A stretch of 64,000 nucleotides of DNA from Kiritimatiellia bacterium (GTDB taxonomy: Bacteria; Verrucomicrobiota; Kiritimatiellia; RFP12; UBA1067): the NCBI GenBank assembly GCA_051884805.1, contig JBJEWA010000110.1, positions 11,204 through 75,203 of the forward strand, written 5' to 3'. Each line of letters begins with the position of its first letter. The stretch's first letter is position 1. Below are positions 39,311-48,101 of this stretch, piece after piece. A model generated the notes under the pieces. It was not told the DNA's origin, searched no databases, and saw only the letters and a program-made list of their open reading frames with translations. Both the position numbers and the translations under genes were made by a program.

Positions 39311-40789
39311 ATGGACAAAATTCGCGGATGCCTCTTGTTGATTATGATGACGGGAACCTTCCCCGCCTTGGCTGCGGATGTCGCGGAAGCGTCGACAGCT
39401 GGGAATCGTCCGCGTATTTACGTCCATGCGTTTAAGACGTCCGAGTCTTTTGTTCTTCCGGAGAAGCGTCAGTCCGCTTCCGACTCGCGTTCGGTGGCCC
39501 TCGGAAAATCCTATCTGACCGGCAGGCTCGTCAAGCCGGGACGTCCTTTCTCGGTCGTGGACGACGAGAAGGCCGCGACCCATGATCTCGTTCCCGTAGT
39601 TTCGTTCCTGCGTTCCCGTGAAAACTCCTTCAGGGGGGCGACATACGGCGTGGAGACCAAGACGACGAAATGGCTCTTGGATGTGATCCTTACGCTGAAG
39701 CAGCGCGCGACCGGCGAAATCGTCTGGGCGAAGACCGTGTGCGGCACGTGCGACGAACAGCGACCGATCAGCGCCTCGCAGTTTGACGACAATGTTTTCC
39801 ATTCGCTGATGATTTCCGCCGTCGAGGAGGCAGCCGATGCCTTGGTCGAGCACTTCGAACCGCAGCCGGACGAATCCGGACCGGCGGGCGGCGGCGTTGT
39901 CCCGCATTCTGCCGGGCCGGTCGGCAGGGCGGCGGGCTCCTGCGCCTCCATGGCGGCGCCTGTCAAGCCGTCGTTGGCGATTCTTCGTCCTGATTTCCGG
40001 GATGGCGTGACGGAGAACGAGGCCGTGATGCTTTGGGGCTACATGGAGAGCTGTGTGGACGGTTCGGCCTACCGGGTGATTTCCCGCGCCGACGTGGTGC
40101 GGATGATGGAAGAGGTTGCGATCACTACCTCTTCCTATCTCACCGATCCGGCCTGCCGGGAGAAGGCCCGCGTGGGCAAGCTCGCGACGGTCTCGAAACT
40201 CCTGGCCGCGTCCGTCGGCCGCGTGGGGACGAAATACGTCATGACCTTCAAGGTCTTTGACGCTTCGACCGGCGAAATCGAAGCGGCGCGCACGGACAGC
40301 GCGACCTCCGATGCGATCGAGGATCTTCTGCCCGTCATCAGGGGGAAGGTGGCGAAGGCGCTCGCCCCCGCGCCGTCGGGAACGGTGCTGGCGCCTGTCG
40401 TCATGCGGGTGGGAAATCCGCCGAAATACCTGGCGAACGAGTTCGGTGCGCGGCTTGAGGCGGCTCTTGCCGGGGCTGGCGTCGCCTTCAAGACCAACGG
40501 CGAGGGCTCCCGCCGGCTGACGCCGTGCGTCACGGCGTTTTCCGTCCGCGCCGTGCAGGACGGCGACGGCTGCGTCTATCGCGGCACTATCGCCTTTTCG
40601 CTCGTTCTCGCCGATGCGGCCGGGACGCCTGTCGCCGCGCCCGTCACGGTGTCGCTCGATGACGTCGAACTCGGTCGCGAAACCGGAGCCGCGCCGTCGT
40701 GGCTGACGGAGCGATACGGGAAGAAGCTCATCGACGCCGCATTCGGGAAGGTGTCGCTCGCCGCCCTGTCGGCGGCTTCGGACAAATAA
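39311..40789 (+). CDS. Secreted protein with two LpoB/CsgG-fold-like halves, unknown function
   Basis: Signal peptide MDKIRGCLLLIMMTGTFPALA. RPRIYVHAFKTSE and SLAILRPDFRDGVTENEA...YRVISRADV...SKLLAASVGRVGTKYVMTFKVFDASTGEI. Confidence 0.65.
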   Translation: MDKIRGCLLLIMMTGTFPALAADVAEASTAGNRPRIYVHAFKTSESFVLPEKRQSASDSRSVALGKSYLTGRLVKPGRPFSVVDDEKAATHDLVPVVSFLRSRENSFRGATYGVETKTTKWLLDVILTLKQRATGEIVWAKTVCGTCDEQRPISASQFDDNVFHSLMISAVEEAADALVEHFEPQPDESGPAGGGVVPHSAGPVGRAAGSCASMAAPVKPSLAILRPDFRDGVTENEAVMLWGYMESCVDGSAYRVISRADVVRMMEEVAITTSSYLTDPACREKARVGKLATVSKLLAASVGRVGTKYVMTFKVFDASTGEIEAARTDSATSDAIEDLLPVIRGKVAKALAPAPSGTVLAPVVMRVGNPPKYLANEFGARLEAALAGAGVAFKTNGEGSRRLTPCVTAFSVRAVQDGDGCVYRGTIAFSLVLADAAGTPVAAPVTVSLDDVELGRETGAAPSWLTERYGKKLIDAAFGKVSLAALSAASDK

Positions 40790-40799
40790 GGGTACAGAT

Positions 40800-41561
40800 A
40801 TGAAAAACGTCATACCACTCATAGTCGCTGTCGTTCTGGGTCTGGTCGCTGTTCTTGCCGTCAACCGGACGCTGGCCAAGTCGGACAAGGGGCATTCCGG
40901 GAACAAGATCGTGGTCTTGGTGGCGAACGGAAACCTGAAGAGCGGGCATGTCGTCGGCAAGGAGAGCTTTCGCAGTGTCGAGGTTCCGCTGGCATATGCC
41001 CCGAAGCAGCACGTCCTCGGCGACCAGCGGATGTCCATCGTCGGGCAGATGCTCACACGGGACGTCGCCGCCGGCGACTACATCCAGTGGAATGACCTCG
41101 GTCAGTCCCGCGGAACCGGCGAATCGGTCGGCGAAGGCGAGTGGGCGGTCTCGGTCGGCTTTCAGAATGCGGATCTGGTCAAGATGCTCAAGCCCGGGGA
41201 CGAGATCGCCATCGTCGGGATGTTTGATGTCGCCGTCGAGAAGGCGGCGAAGTCGGCGGACGTCGACGCGGAGAAGACGATCGAGCACAAGAAGGTTACG
41301 ACCGTGCTGTTCCCGCAGATGCGCATCATGGAGCTGACCGATGCGGGCACCGTGCTCTTTTCCGTCCCGCCGCAGCAGGCCATGACGCTGCTGGCGGCGC
41401 AAGAGCAGGCGACGCTTTATGCGGCGTTGCGCCGTCCGCATGACGAAAAGGCGACGAATCGCAAGGACAGTGGCGTGTTCGACGGCACGGCGTTTGCGAA
41501 AATGCTTTCCGGGTGTCCGGAGATTACGATACCTGACAAGCCGTTTAACAAGATCAAGTGA
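40800..41561 (+). CDS. cpaB: Flp pilus assembly protein CpaB/RcpC
   Basis: N-terminal TM IPLIVAVVLGLVAVLAV. SAF-like KIVVLVANGNLKSGHVV...MLTRDVAAGDYI. Positioned directly before the secretin gene. Confidence 0.85.
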   Translation: MKNVIPLIVAVVLGLVAVLAVNRTLAKSDKGHSGNKIVVLVANGNLKSGHVVGKESFRSVEVPLAYAPKQHVLGDQRMSIVGQMLTRDVAAGDYIQWNDLGQSRGTGESVGEGEWAVSVGFQNADLVKMLKPGDEIAIVGMFDVAVEKAAKSADVDAEKTIEHKKVTTVLFPQMRIMELTDAGTVLFSVPPQQAMTLLAAQEQATLYAALRRPHDEKATNRKDSGVFDGTAFAKMLSGCPEITIPDKPFNKIK

Positions 41562-41571
41562 GGGGGGAGAG

Positions 41572-43131
41572 ATGAGGAACTTGCTTGCCGTTCTGCTTGC
41601 CTTGTCTGCCGGAGTGCTGTCTGCCGTGCAGAGGGTGACCATCGAAAAAGGCGGTGCCAAGGTGTTGGACCCGGGGTTCCGGGTCACGGCCTACAAGACC
41701 GGAATGAAGGGGATTGTGGGCGTGGAGGAGCTCGAGGGCGGCTCGCTCCGGGTGACGGGGCTGGGTGAGGGCGTGTGCAGTCTCAAGCTGATGGGCGACG
41801 GATCGATGGAGGAGACGTATGAAATCGACGTCGGCAGCGACCTGGCCCAGATTCAACGCAATCTGCAGGCCGAATTGGAGGATGTCGGGGGCATTGAGGT
41901 CGTGCGCATCGGGCGATCGCTTGTCCTGCGAGGGGAGATCAACGATCCCCGCGGGTGGCAGTTGCTGAAGACGACGGTGAAGGGCGCGGAGTACCGTGAG
42001 ATCGTCAGGGATCAGACGGTCTTTCGCGTGCAGGCTGACACTTTGAAGGACTTCCGCCAGCAGCTGAAGGATGCCGGATTCGTCATTACGGACAAGGTCG
42101 ATGACGCCAGTGCGGGCAAGCTCTTTGTCAAGTACGAGGGCAATCTGCTTATCGTCGCGGGCGTGGTTCACTCCCCGGGGGAGAAGGACCGGCTTGAGCG
42201 CATCGTCAGGTCCCAGGGAACCTGGCTCCGGATCGAGGGCGCGTCGTCGTCTGGACAGGAGGACTGGAAGACGGTTTGCCGGATGGACATCTCGGTGGAC
42301 AATTCGCAATTGCGGATGGATGTCGTATTGATCGGCTATGCCGAGACGGACGTCTCGAAATACGGTTCGTCCGACACTTTGCAGCTCGGCGGAGTGTTCC
42401 AGGGGCTGATCGACCTGTATTCCGGCCGGACGCGCCATGATAATTTCACCGTCAACGCCAGTTTGAACAGCACGTTGGGGTTTCTCAAGGAGAACGGAAT
42501 CGCCCGACACTCCATCGGGGGCCACATCTTCTTCAAGAACAACGATCCGGAGGTCCGCAAGCTCAAAATCGGGGGCACGCTGAAGGTCAAGATGCAGGGT
42601 GCGACTGCGGAAGGTGCGCCGACTCAGGATTTCGAGGACATCGAATACGGTTTCTTCATCGACAAGAAGCGGGCGGTCTTGATCGACGGGAAAAGCGTGG
42701 ACGTGGACCTGACAATCAAGCAGAAGACGCCGGAGGCGATGCCGGGAGGCTACGAAGAGGGATACGAGATCCACGAAAACGAGTACAATCCGTCCGTTGT
42801 CTGCCCGTTGGGCAAGACCGTCGTTCTCGCGGGTTACAGGAGCATGCTCGAGGAGAGCTCTCCGCCCTCTGGATTTCCGATTCTCCGGCATATTCCGATC
42901 GTCAACTGGTTCGTGTCTCAAGAGGGGAACCGGATTGAAAACATGAAGCTGATGATGCTGGTGAGCGTCAGGATCGCCGCCGGCGACGAGCCGGAGGCGC
43001 AGCAGGCCGTCTTGCCCTACGAAGATACGAAGAATCTGCCCGCAGAGGTCGAAATACCGAACGACAGACGTTTGGAAGGCCGCCGGAAGTGGCACGGCAT
43101 CATGTATTTCATGAACTGGTTTACCCCCTGA
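41572..43131 (+). CDS. cpaC: Tad-type secretin CpaC/RcpA
   Basis: Signal peptide MRNLLAVLLALSAGVLSA. BON/N-domains. C-terminal secretin motif GFPILRHIPIVNWFVSQ...KLMMLVSVRI. Confidence 0.88.
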   Translation: MRNLLAVLLALSAGVLSAVQRVTIEKGGAKVLDPGFRVTAYKTGMKGIVGVEELEGGSLRVTGLGEGVCSLKLMGDGSMEETYEIDVGSDLAQIQRNLQAELEDVGGIEVVRIGRSLVLRGEINDPRGWQLLKTTVKGAEYREIVRDQTVFRVQADTLKDFRQQLKDAGFVITDKVDDASAGKLFVKYEGNLLIVAGVVHSPGEKDRLERIVRSQGTWLRIEGASSSGQEDWKTVCRMDISVDNSQLRMDVVLIGYAETDVSKYGSSDTLQLGGVFQGLIDLYSGRTRHDNFTVNASLNSTLGFLKENGIARHSIGGHIFFKNNDPEVRKLKIGGTLKVKMQGATAEGAPTQDFEDIEYGFFIDKKRAVLIDGKSVDVDLTIKQKTPEAMPGGYEEGYEIHENEYNPSVVCPLGKTVVLAGYRSMLEESSPPSGFPILRHIPIVNWFVSQEGNRIENMKLMMLVSVRIAAGDEPEAQQAVLPYEDTKNLPAEVEIPNDRRLEGRRKWHGIMYFMNWFTP

Positions 43132-44804
43132 TGATGACGCTGGTTCTGCAGTTTCCGGACGGGCGGACTGAATGTCGCGAACTGCCGGATTCGGACTTCG
43201 CCTGGAACCTCGGCCGGGCCGACGGCTCCGATCTCGTGCTGGCCGCCGGAGACGTATCGCGCCGTCATGCGACGCTGTCGCGAATGTCCGGCACGCTCGT
43301 GCTGGCGGATGCGGAAAGCCGCGGCGGCACGTGGATGAACGGCGAACGCCTCGTCGCCCCGCAGGTGCTCGCTGCGGGTGATGAGTTTCGCGTGGGATCG
43401 TTCCGGCTGAGAATTGAGTCGCGGGTGTCGGCGGCGCATCCCGAACCCCCTCCGCCGGCCCCCTCCCCCGCCCCCGTTCCCGATTCCGTTCCCGACGACG
43501 ACTTCTCCGCCGCCGACATTCTCTACACGGACGAGTGCATGGTGCTGAAGCGCCGTCTGCACGAGCATATCCTTGGCGAGATGAACCTGACCGAGGACGC
43601 CCTCAAGGAGTTCGCCGACGAAACGACGCGCGCCAAGCTGGACGCGTGCGTGGACAGCGCCTTGCGGCAGTTTCGCCACGAATTGCCGGCACAGGTGACG
43701 TTGCCGGACTTCCGGCAGGCGCTGATGGACGAACTGGTCGGCTATGGCCCGCTTTCGCCGATTCTCCGGGACAAGGGCGTTTCGGAGATCATGGTCAACG
43801 GTCCCGAACGCATATTCATCGAGCGCAAGGGCCGTCTTAGGGAAACGGGCGTCCGATTCTACAACGAGCGTCATCTTATTCAGATCATCCAGCGGATTGT
43901 CGAGCCGCTCGGCCGTCACGTCGACGAGGCGAGCCCGATGGTGGACGCTCGCCTGCCTGACGGCAGCCGCGTCAACGCCGTCATCCCGCCGCTGGCCCTG
44001 GACGGCGCGTCGATGACGATCAGAAAGTTCGCCGACAAGAAACTGACGACGGAAGACCTCGTCGGCTTCGGATCGATGACGGAAGAGATGGCGGCGTTCC
44101 TTAAGGAGGCCGTGCGCGTCCGCAAGAACATTCTGGTCTCCGGCGGCACCGGCTCGGGCAAGACGACCCTGCTGAACGTTCTTTCCCAGTTCATTCCGGG
44201 TGGCGAGCGTGTCGTCACGGTCGAGGATTCGGCCGAATTGAAGCTCTCGCACCGGAATATAGTCCGGCTTGAGGCGCGCCCGGCGAACATCGAGGGCAAA
44301 GGGCGAATCGCCATTCGCGATCTCGTGATCAACTGCCTCCGCATGCGTCCGGACCGCATCATCGTCGGCGAATGCCGCGGCGCAGAGGCGCTTGACATGC
44401 TCCAGGCCATGAACACGGGGCATGACGGTTCGCTTACGACGGCGCACGCCAACAATCCGCGAGACGCGCTCTCGCGTCTCGAGAACATGGTGATGATGGC
44501 CGGTTTCGAGCTGCCGAGCTCGGCCATCCGCGAACAGATCGCTTCGGCCATTGACCTGATCGTGCAGCAGACGCGGCTCCCCGACGGATCGCGCAAGATC
44601 GTGAAGATAACGGAGGTGACGGGGCGTGAAGCGGACATGATTCTCCTGCAGGACATCTTCGTTTTCGAACAGGACGGATTCGATTCCGCCGGCAAGGTCC
44701 GGGGACGTCACACGGCTACGGGCAACATTCCCTGTTTCGTCGACGAACTGCGGAAAAGCGGCGACCTTCGCCTTGACATGTCGGTGTTCGTTCCGAAAAC
44801 ATGA
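43131..44804 (+). CDS. cpaF: CpaF/TadA secretion ATPase with N-terminal FHA domain
   Basis: TGATG overlap with the secretin stop. FHA: WNLGRADGSDLVLAAGDVSRRHATL...GGTWMNGERL. Pro-rich linker. Walker A GGTGSGKTT. VEDSAEL. TGHDGSLTTAHAN. Confidence 0.92.
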   Translation: MMTLVLQFPDGRTECRELPDSDFAWNLGRADGSDLVLAAGDVSRRHATLSRMSGTLVLADAESRGGTWMNGERLVAPQVLAAGDEFRVGSFRLRIESRVSAAHPEPPPPAPSPAPVPDSVPDDDFSAADILYTDECMVLKRRLHEHILGEMNLTEDALKEFADETTRAKLDACVDSALRQFRHELPAQVTLPDFRQALMDELVGYGPLSPILRDKGVSEIMVNGPERIFIERKGRLRETGVRFYNERHLIQIIQRIVEPLGRHVDEASPMVDARLPDGSRVNAVIPPLALDGASMTIRKFADKKLTTEDLVGFGSMTEEMAAFLKEAVRVRKNILVSGGTGSGKTTLLNVLSQFIPGGERVVTVEDSAELKLSHRNIVRLEARPANIEGKGRIAIRDLVINCLRMRPDRIIVGECRGAEALDMLQAMNTGHDGSLTTAHANNPRDALSRLENMVMMAGFELPSSAIREQIASAIDLIVQQTRLPDGSRKIVKITEVTGREADMILLQDIFVFEQDGFDSAGKVRGRHTATGNIPCFVDELRKSGDLRLDMSVFVPKT

Positions 44805-44817
44805 GGTGGCGGAAAAC

Positions 44818-45687
44818 ATGAGCGTATCCCTCACGGCACTGGTCTTTGCGGCGACATTCCTGGCGGCTTTCGTCTTCCTCGTCTCGGTGTATCGGACGCT
44901 GATCGGCCGGGCTTTGGCGGAACGGTCGGACTTCCAGGTCCTGACGCCGCTTCGGCGGCTGGTTTCGCCGGTGGCGCTGGTCCGTATCCGGTTCGCGACC
45001 GCCGGCGTCTTGGCCTGTACGGCCGTTCTGGCGCTGCTTTGGGGGCGGGTCGTGTCTCCCTGGGCCGTTGTCGCGCTGGGTGGCGTCGGCGCGGCTGTCG
45101 GTTATCGGCTGCCCATGGTTTGGTTCGCCTGGAAGCTCAAGAAGCGCCGGGAGGCGTTTGACGGGCAGGTGCTGAACCTGACGATGGGGCTTTTCGGCGG
45201 ACTGCGCTCCGGGCAGGCGTTGCCGCAGGCCCTGGCCGCCGTGGCCCAGCGCGTACCCGATCCGATGCGGGAAGAACTCGCCGTCGTCCTGCGCGAGAAC
45301 AAGCTCGGGCTCGAACTGTCCGAGTCGCTCGAACGGCTTCACGCGCGCATGCCCGGCGAGGACCTGCGGCTTCTGGTCACTTCGGTCCGGCTCACGCTGC
45401 AGACGGGCGGCAGCCTGTCGGAGGTGCTGGAACGCATGGTGGAAATGATCCGCTCGCGGACGGAATTCTACGAGAAGCTGAAGACGATGACGGCCCAGGG
45501 ACGCTTCGAGGCGATTGCGATGTCCCTTGCGCCGCTTGTCGTCTACGCGCTCCTGAGGGTTATCGATCCGGAGTTGATGAAGCCGCTGACGTCGACGGCT
45601 GCCGGCTGGTGCGCGATCGGCGGCATCGTCCTGCTCGTTTCCATCGGCTTCTTCATAATCAACAAGATTGTGACGATCGAGGTGTGA
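44818..45687 (+). CDS. tadB: Tad inner-membrane platform protein TadB (T2SSF family)
   Basis: GAGGTGG RBS. Multi-TM T2SSF-like protein directly after cpaF. Confidence 0.85.
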   Translation: MSVSLTALVFAATFLAAFVFLVSVYRTLIGRALAERSDFQVLTPLRRLVSPVALVRIRFATAGVLACTAVLALLWGRVVSPWAVVALGGVGAAVGYRLPMVWFAWKLKKRREAFDGQVLNLTMGLFGGLRSGQALPQALAAVAQRVPDPMREELAVVLRENKLGLELSESLERLHARMPGEDLRLLVTSVRLTLQTGGSLSEVLERMVEMIRSRTEFYEKLKTMTAQGRFEAIAMSLAPLVVYALLRVIDPELMKPLTSTAAGWCAIGGIVLLVSIGFFIINKIVTIEV

Positions 45688-45688
45688 C

Positions 45689-46582
45689 ATGGACGAGATG
45701 TCGTTCTGGACCTATCCGCTCGTTTTCCTGACGGTGTTCGCCTCGTATCTGATGGTGTCCGGCGCGCTGTCCGTGCCGCGTGCGCTGCGCGGTCCGGGCT
45801 GGGAGCGACTGCCGCTTTTCTACCGTCTCTTCCACCGCTATTTCGAGGCCGCGGCATTCGGAATCGGCGCGACCTTGGAGCAGGGCGATCCGGCGCAGGC
45901 CAGGCGCATTCAGGCGACGATTCTCAGAAGCGGCCTGCCCCTGACCGCAGCCAAGGTGCTGGGGGCGCGGGTGGTGGCGGCTCTCTCGGGCGGCATCGTC
46001 GCCTGTCTCGCCGTGTTTCTGCTGAGCGGAGCCGCCGACGTCGCCGTCGGCATCGGGCTGCTGGCCGCATTCCTCGGCTGGGTCTATCCGACGATGGTCG
46101 TCGAGCAGGTCGCCCAGGCGCGCCAGGTCGAGATCATCCGGTCGCTGCCGTTCGCCATCGATCTCATCGTCTCGGCCATGCGCGCTGGCCTTGATTTCGT
46201 GGCGGCCATACGCTACTACGTCTCCCTTGGCGAGCGCGGGGCGCTGTCGGTCGAGTTCGGCCTGATGCTGCGGCAGATGGAGCTCGGGAAGAGCCGCGTC
46301 GAGGCGCTGTCGGAAATGGCGACGCATGTGCAGACCGACGAGTTCACGGCCTTCGTCGGATCGGTTGCGCACGGCACCGAAATCGGCGCTTCGCTCATCG
46401 ACACGCTGAAGATCCAGGGCGAGGACATGCGCCGGGCAAGGTTCAATCTGGCCGAGCGCAAGGCCGCACGGGCGCCCTCGATCATGATCTTTCCCATTGC
46501 GCTCTTCATCCTGCCGGCCGTCGGCATCGTCGTCCTTGTGCCGGTGCTGATGCGTTTCAAGGCGGCGAAGGGGGGTGCGTAA
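45689..46582 (+). CDS. tadC: Tad inner-membrane platform protein TadC (T2SSF family)
   Basis: Starts 1 nt after the tadB stop. T2SSF-like LPFAIDLIVSAMRAGLDF with TM segments. Confidence 0.85.
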   Translation: MDEMSFWTYPLVFLTVFASYLMVSGALSVPRALRGPGWERLPLFYRLFHRYFEAAAFGIGATLEQGDPAQARRIQATILRSGLPLTAAKVLGARVVAALSGGIVACLAVFLLSGAADVAVGIGLLAAFLGWVYPTMVVEQVAQARQVEIIRSLPFAIDLIVSAMRAGLDFVAAIRYYVSLGERGALSVEFGLMLRQMELGKSRVEALSEMATHVQTDEFTAFVGSVAHGTEIGASLIDTLKIQGEDMRRARFNLAERKAARAPSIMIFPIALFILPAVGIVVLVPVLMRFKAAKGGA

Positions 46583-46583
46583 G

Positions 46584-48101
46584 ATGTCCTTTTCCCTCGT
46601 CTTCGCGGTCGGCGGGCCGACGGACGCCCCCGTGCCGGTTGTCGGCGAGCTCTCCGTGCTCGGGCGTTCGCGCAGCTGCGACATCAGGACGGCGCCTGAC
46701 AATCTTTCCATATCCGGTCGCCACCTGTCATTTGCCGCCGTCGCGGACGGCTTGGAGATGACGAATCTCAGTGCGCATCGCACGCTGGCGGACGGACATC
46801 CCCTCGCGCAGGGGGCGAAGGTCGTCTTGCGGGGCGGGGAACGCGTCGAGATCGGCAACGGCTGCGTTTTCGTGGTTCGGGTCGATGGTCTCGCCCCTGC
46901 TCAGGCTGTGCCGGAAGCGCAGGGCGACGAGACCGTGTTGCCGGAGGCGGAACCTCCGGCTGCGGCGCCGGCGGACGAGCCCGGACGCAACAGCCCGCCA
47001 GCGTCCGCAGGAGGGGCTTCCGCGGTCTCCGAGACGGTTTGGCAGCAGACGCAACTGGCGGGCTCCGAGGAAATCGAAAAGCTCAAGGAGCAGCATGCCA
47101 GGGCGCGGACGCGCAGGATGATGATGAAGGTCATGGGCGCGGCGCTGGTCTTCCTCGGCGTGGCGGCTTCGTATTATTTCTTCGTCCGCAAGATACCCGA
47201 GCGGGTCCTCTCGTGGCCATGCAAGGCGGACGGACAGTACGATCGGCAGCGGCAGCTCTTTGACGTCCCGTTCGGCAAGGGTGCGGTCGGCCTGGAATAT
47301 CCTGGCGATCCGTCCTGCCGCGTCGACCGCCAGACGAACGGCACGACGACGGTGACCACGCGTCTCGGCAAGTATCGGGACGTTCCCTATCGGCTGACGT
47401 TCTCCTGCCGTCAGGACGCGGACTTCCTGCACAAGGACCGTGCGCGGCTCTTCGCAGAGCTTCGCGAGCGCCTGGAGGAGCGCGGCGGGTGGAATTTTCA
47501 GGCCGTTTCTCCGGTCCAGTTCCTGGGTCCGGACAACGGCATACCGGCGATGGACGTCCAGTACTACCGGGCGGAACGCCAGGTGGATGACACGCAGCAG
47601 TGGTTTGGGCATCTCCTTTTCGTCGTGCATGGCGACTGCGCCATCACGGTCGCCCGTGAGATTCCTGCCGCGGAGGAATGGCGCGGAGGGCCGTTGCTCG
47701 CAGCCAACGTGCCGCTGCTCTTCACGAGCGCCGTCGTTAGCGGGCACTGGGAAGGGTCGCCCGCGGTCCGGGTCGAGTCGCCGACGCGGCTTCTTGCCGA
47801 GGCGGAGGGCCTGATGTCGGGCAAGGCCGTGTTCCAGTGGCAGGAGATCTCGTTTCTCATCCAGAGTGCGCTTGTCTCCAGTTCGGGACGCGGGCACGAT
47901 GGCGAAAGGGCGCTGGCGCTTCTGCGCCAGTTGCGGCTGCGCCAATCCCGCGAGTTCACGCGCCTGCGCATTCTCTGGGAGCAGCACCGCCGGCTGGGCG
48001 AGTCCGATGCCTGCAAGCGGACGATTGCCGAGGCGTTGAAGATCTTTTCGTCGCCGGACGACCATCGCAACCTGCTTCTGCGGAAAGGAGTCTGGGAATG
48101 A
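46584..48101 (+). CDS. FHA-domain membrane protein (N-terminal FHA, one TM, ~300-aa uncharacterised C-terminal domain)
   Basis: FHA: LSVLGRSRSCDIRTAPDNLSISGRHLSF...GCVFVV. TM: VMGAALVFLGVAASYYFFV. Starts 1 nt after the tadC stop. Confidence 0.85.
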   Translation: MSFSLVFAVGGPTDAPVPVVGELSVLGRSRSCDIRTAPDNLSISGRHLSFAAVADGLEMTNLSAHRTLADGHPLAQGAKVVLRGGERVEIGNGCVFVVRVDGLAPAQAVPEAQGDETVLPEAEPPAAAPADEPGRNSPPASAGGASAVSETVWQQTQLAGSEEIEKLKEQHARARTRRMMMKVMGAALVFLGVAASYYFFVRKIPERVLSWPCKADGQYDRQRQLFDVPFGKGAVGLEYPGDPSCRVDRQTNGTTTVTTRLGKYRDVPYRLTFSCRQDADFLHKDRARLFAELRERLEERGGWNFQAVSPVQFLGPDNGIPAMDVQYYRAERQVDDTQQWFGHLLFVVHGDCAITVAREIPAAEEWRGGPLLAANVPLLFTSAVVSGHWEGSPAVRVESPTRLLAEAEGLMSGKAVFQWQEISFLIQSALVSSSGRGHDGERALALLRQLRLRQSREFTRLRILWEQHRRLGESDACKRTIAEALKIFSSPDDHRNLLLRKGVWE

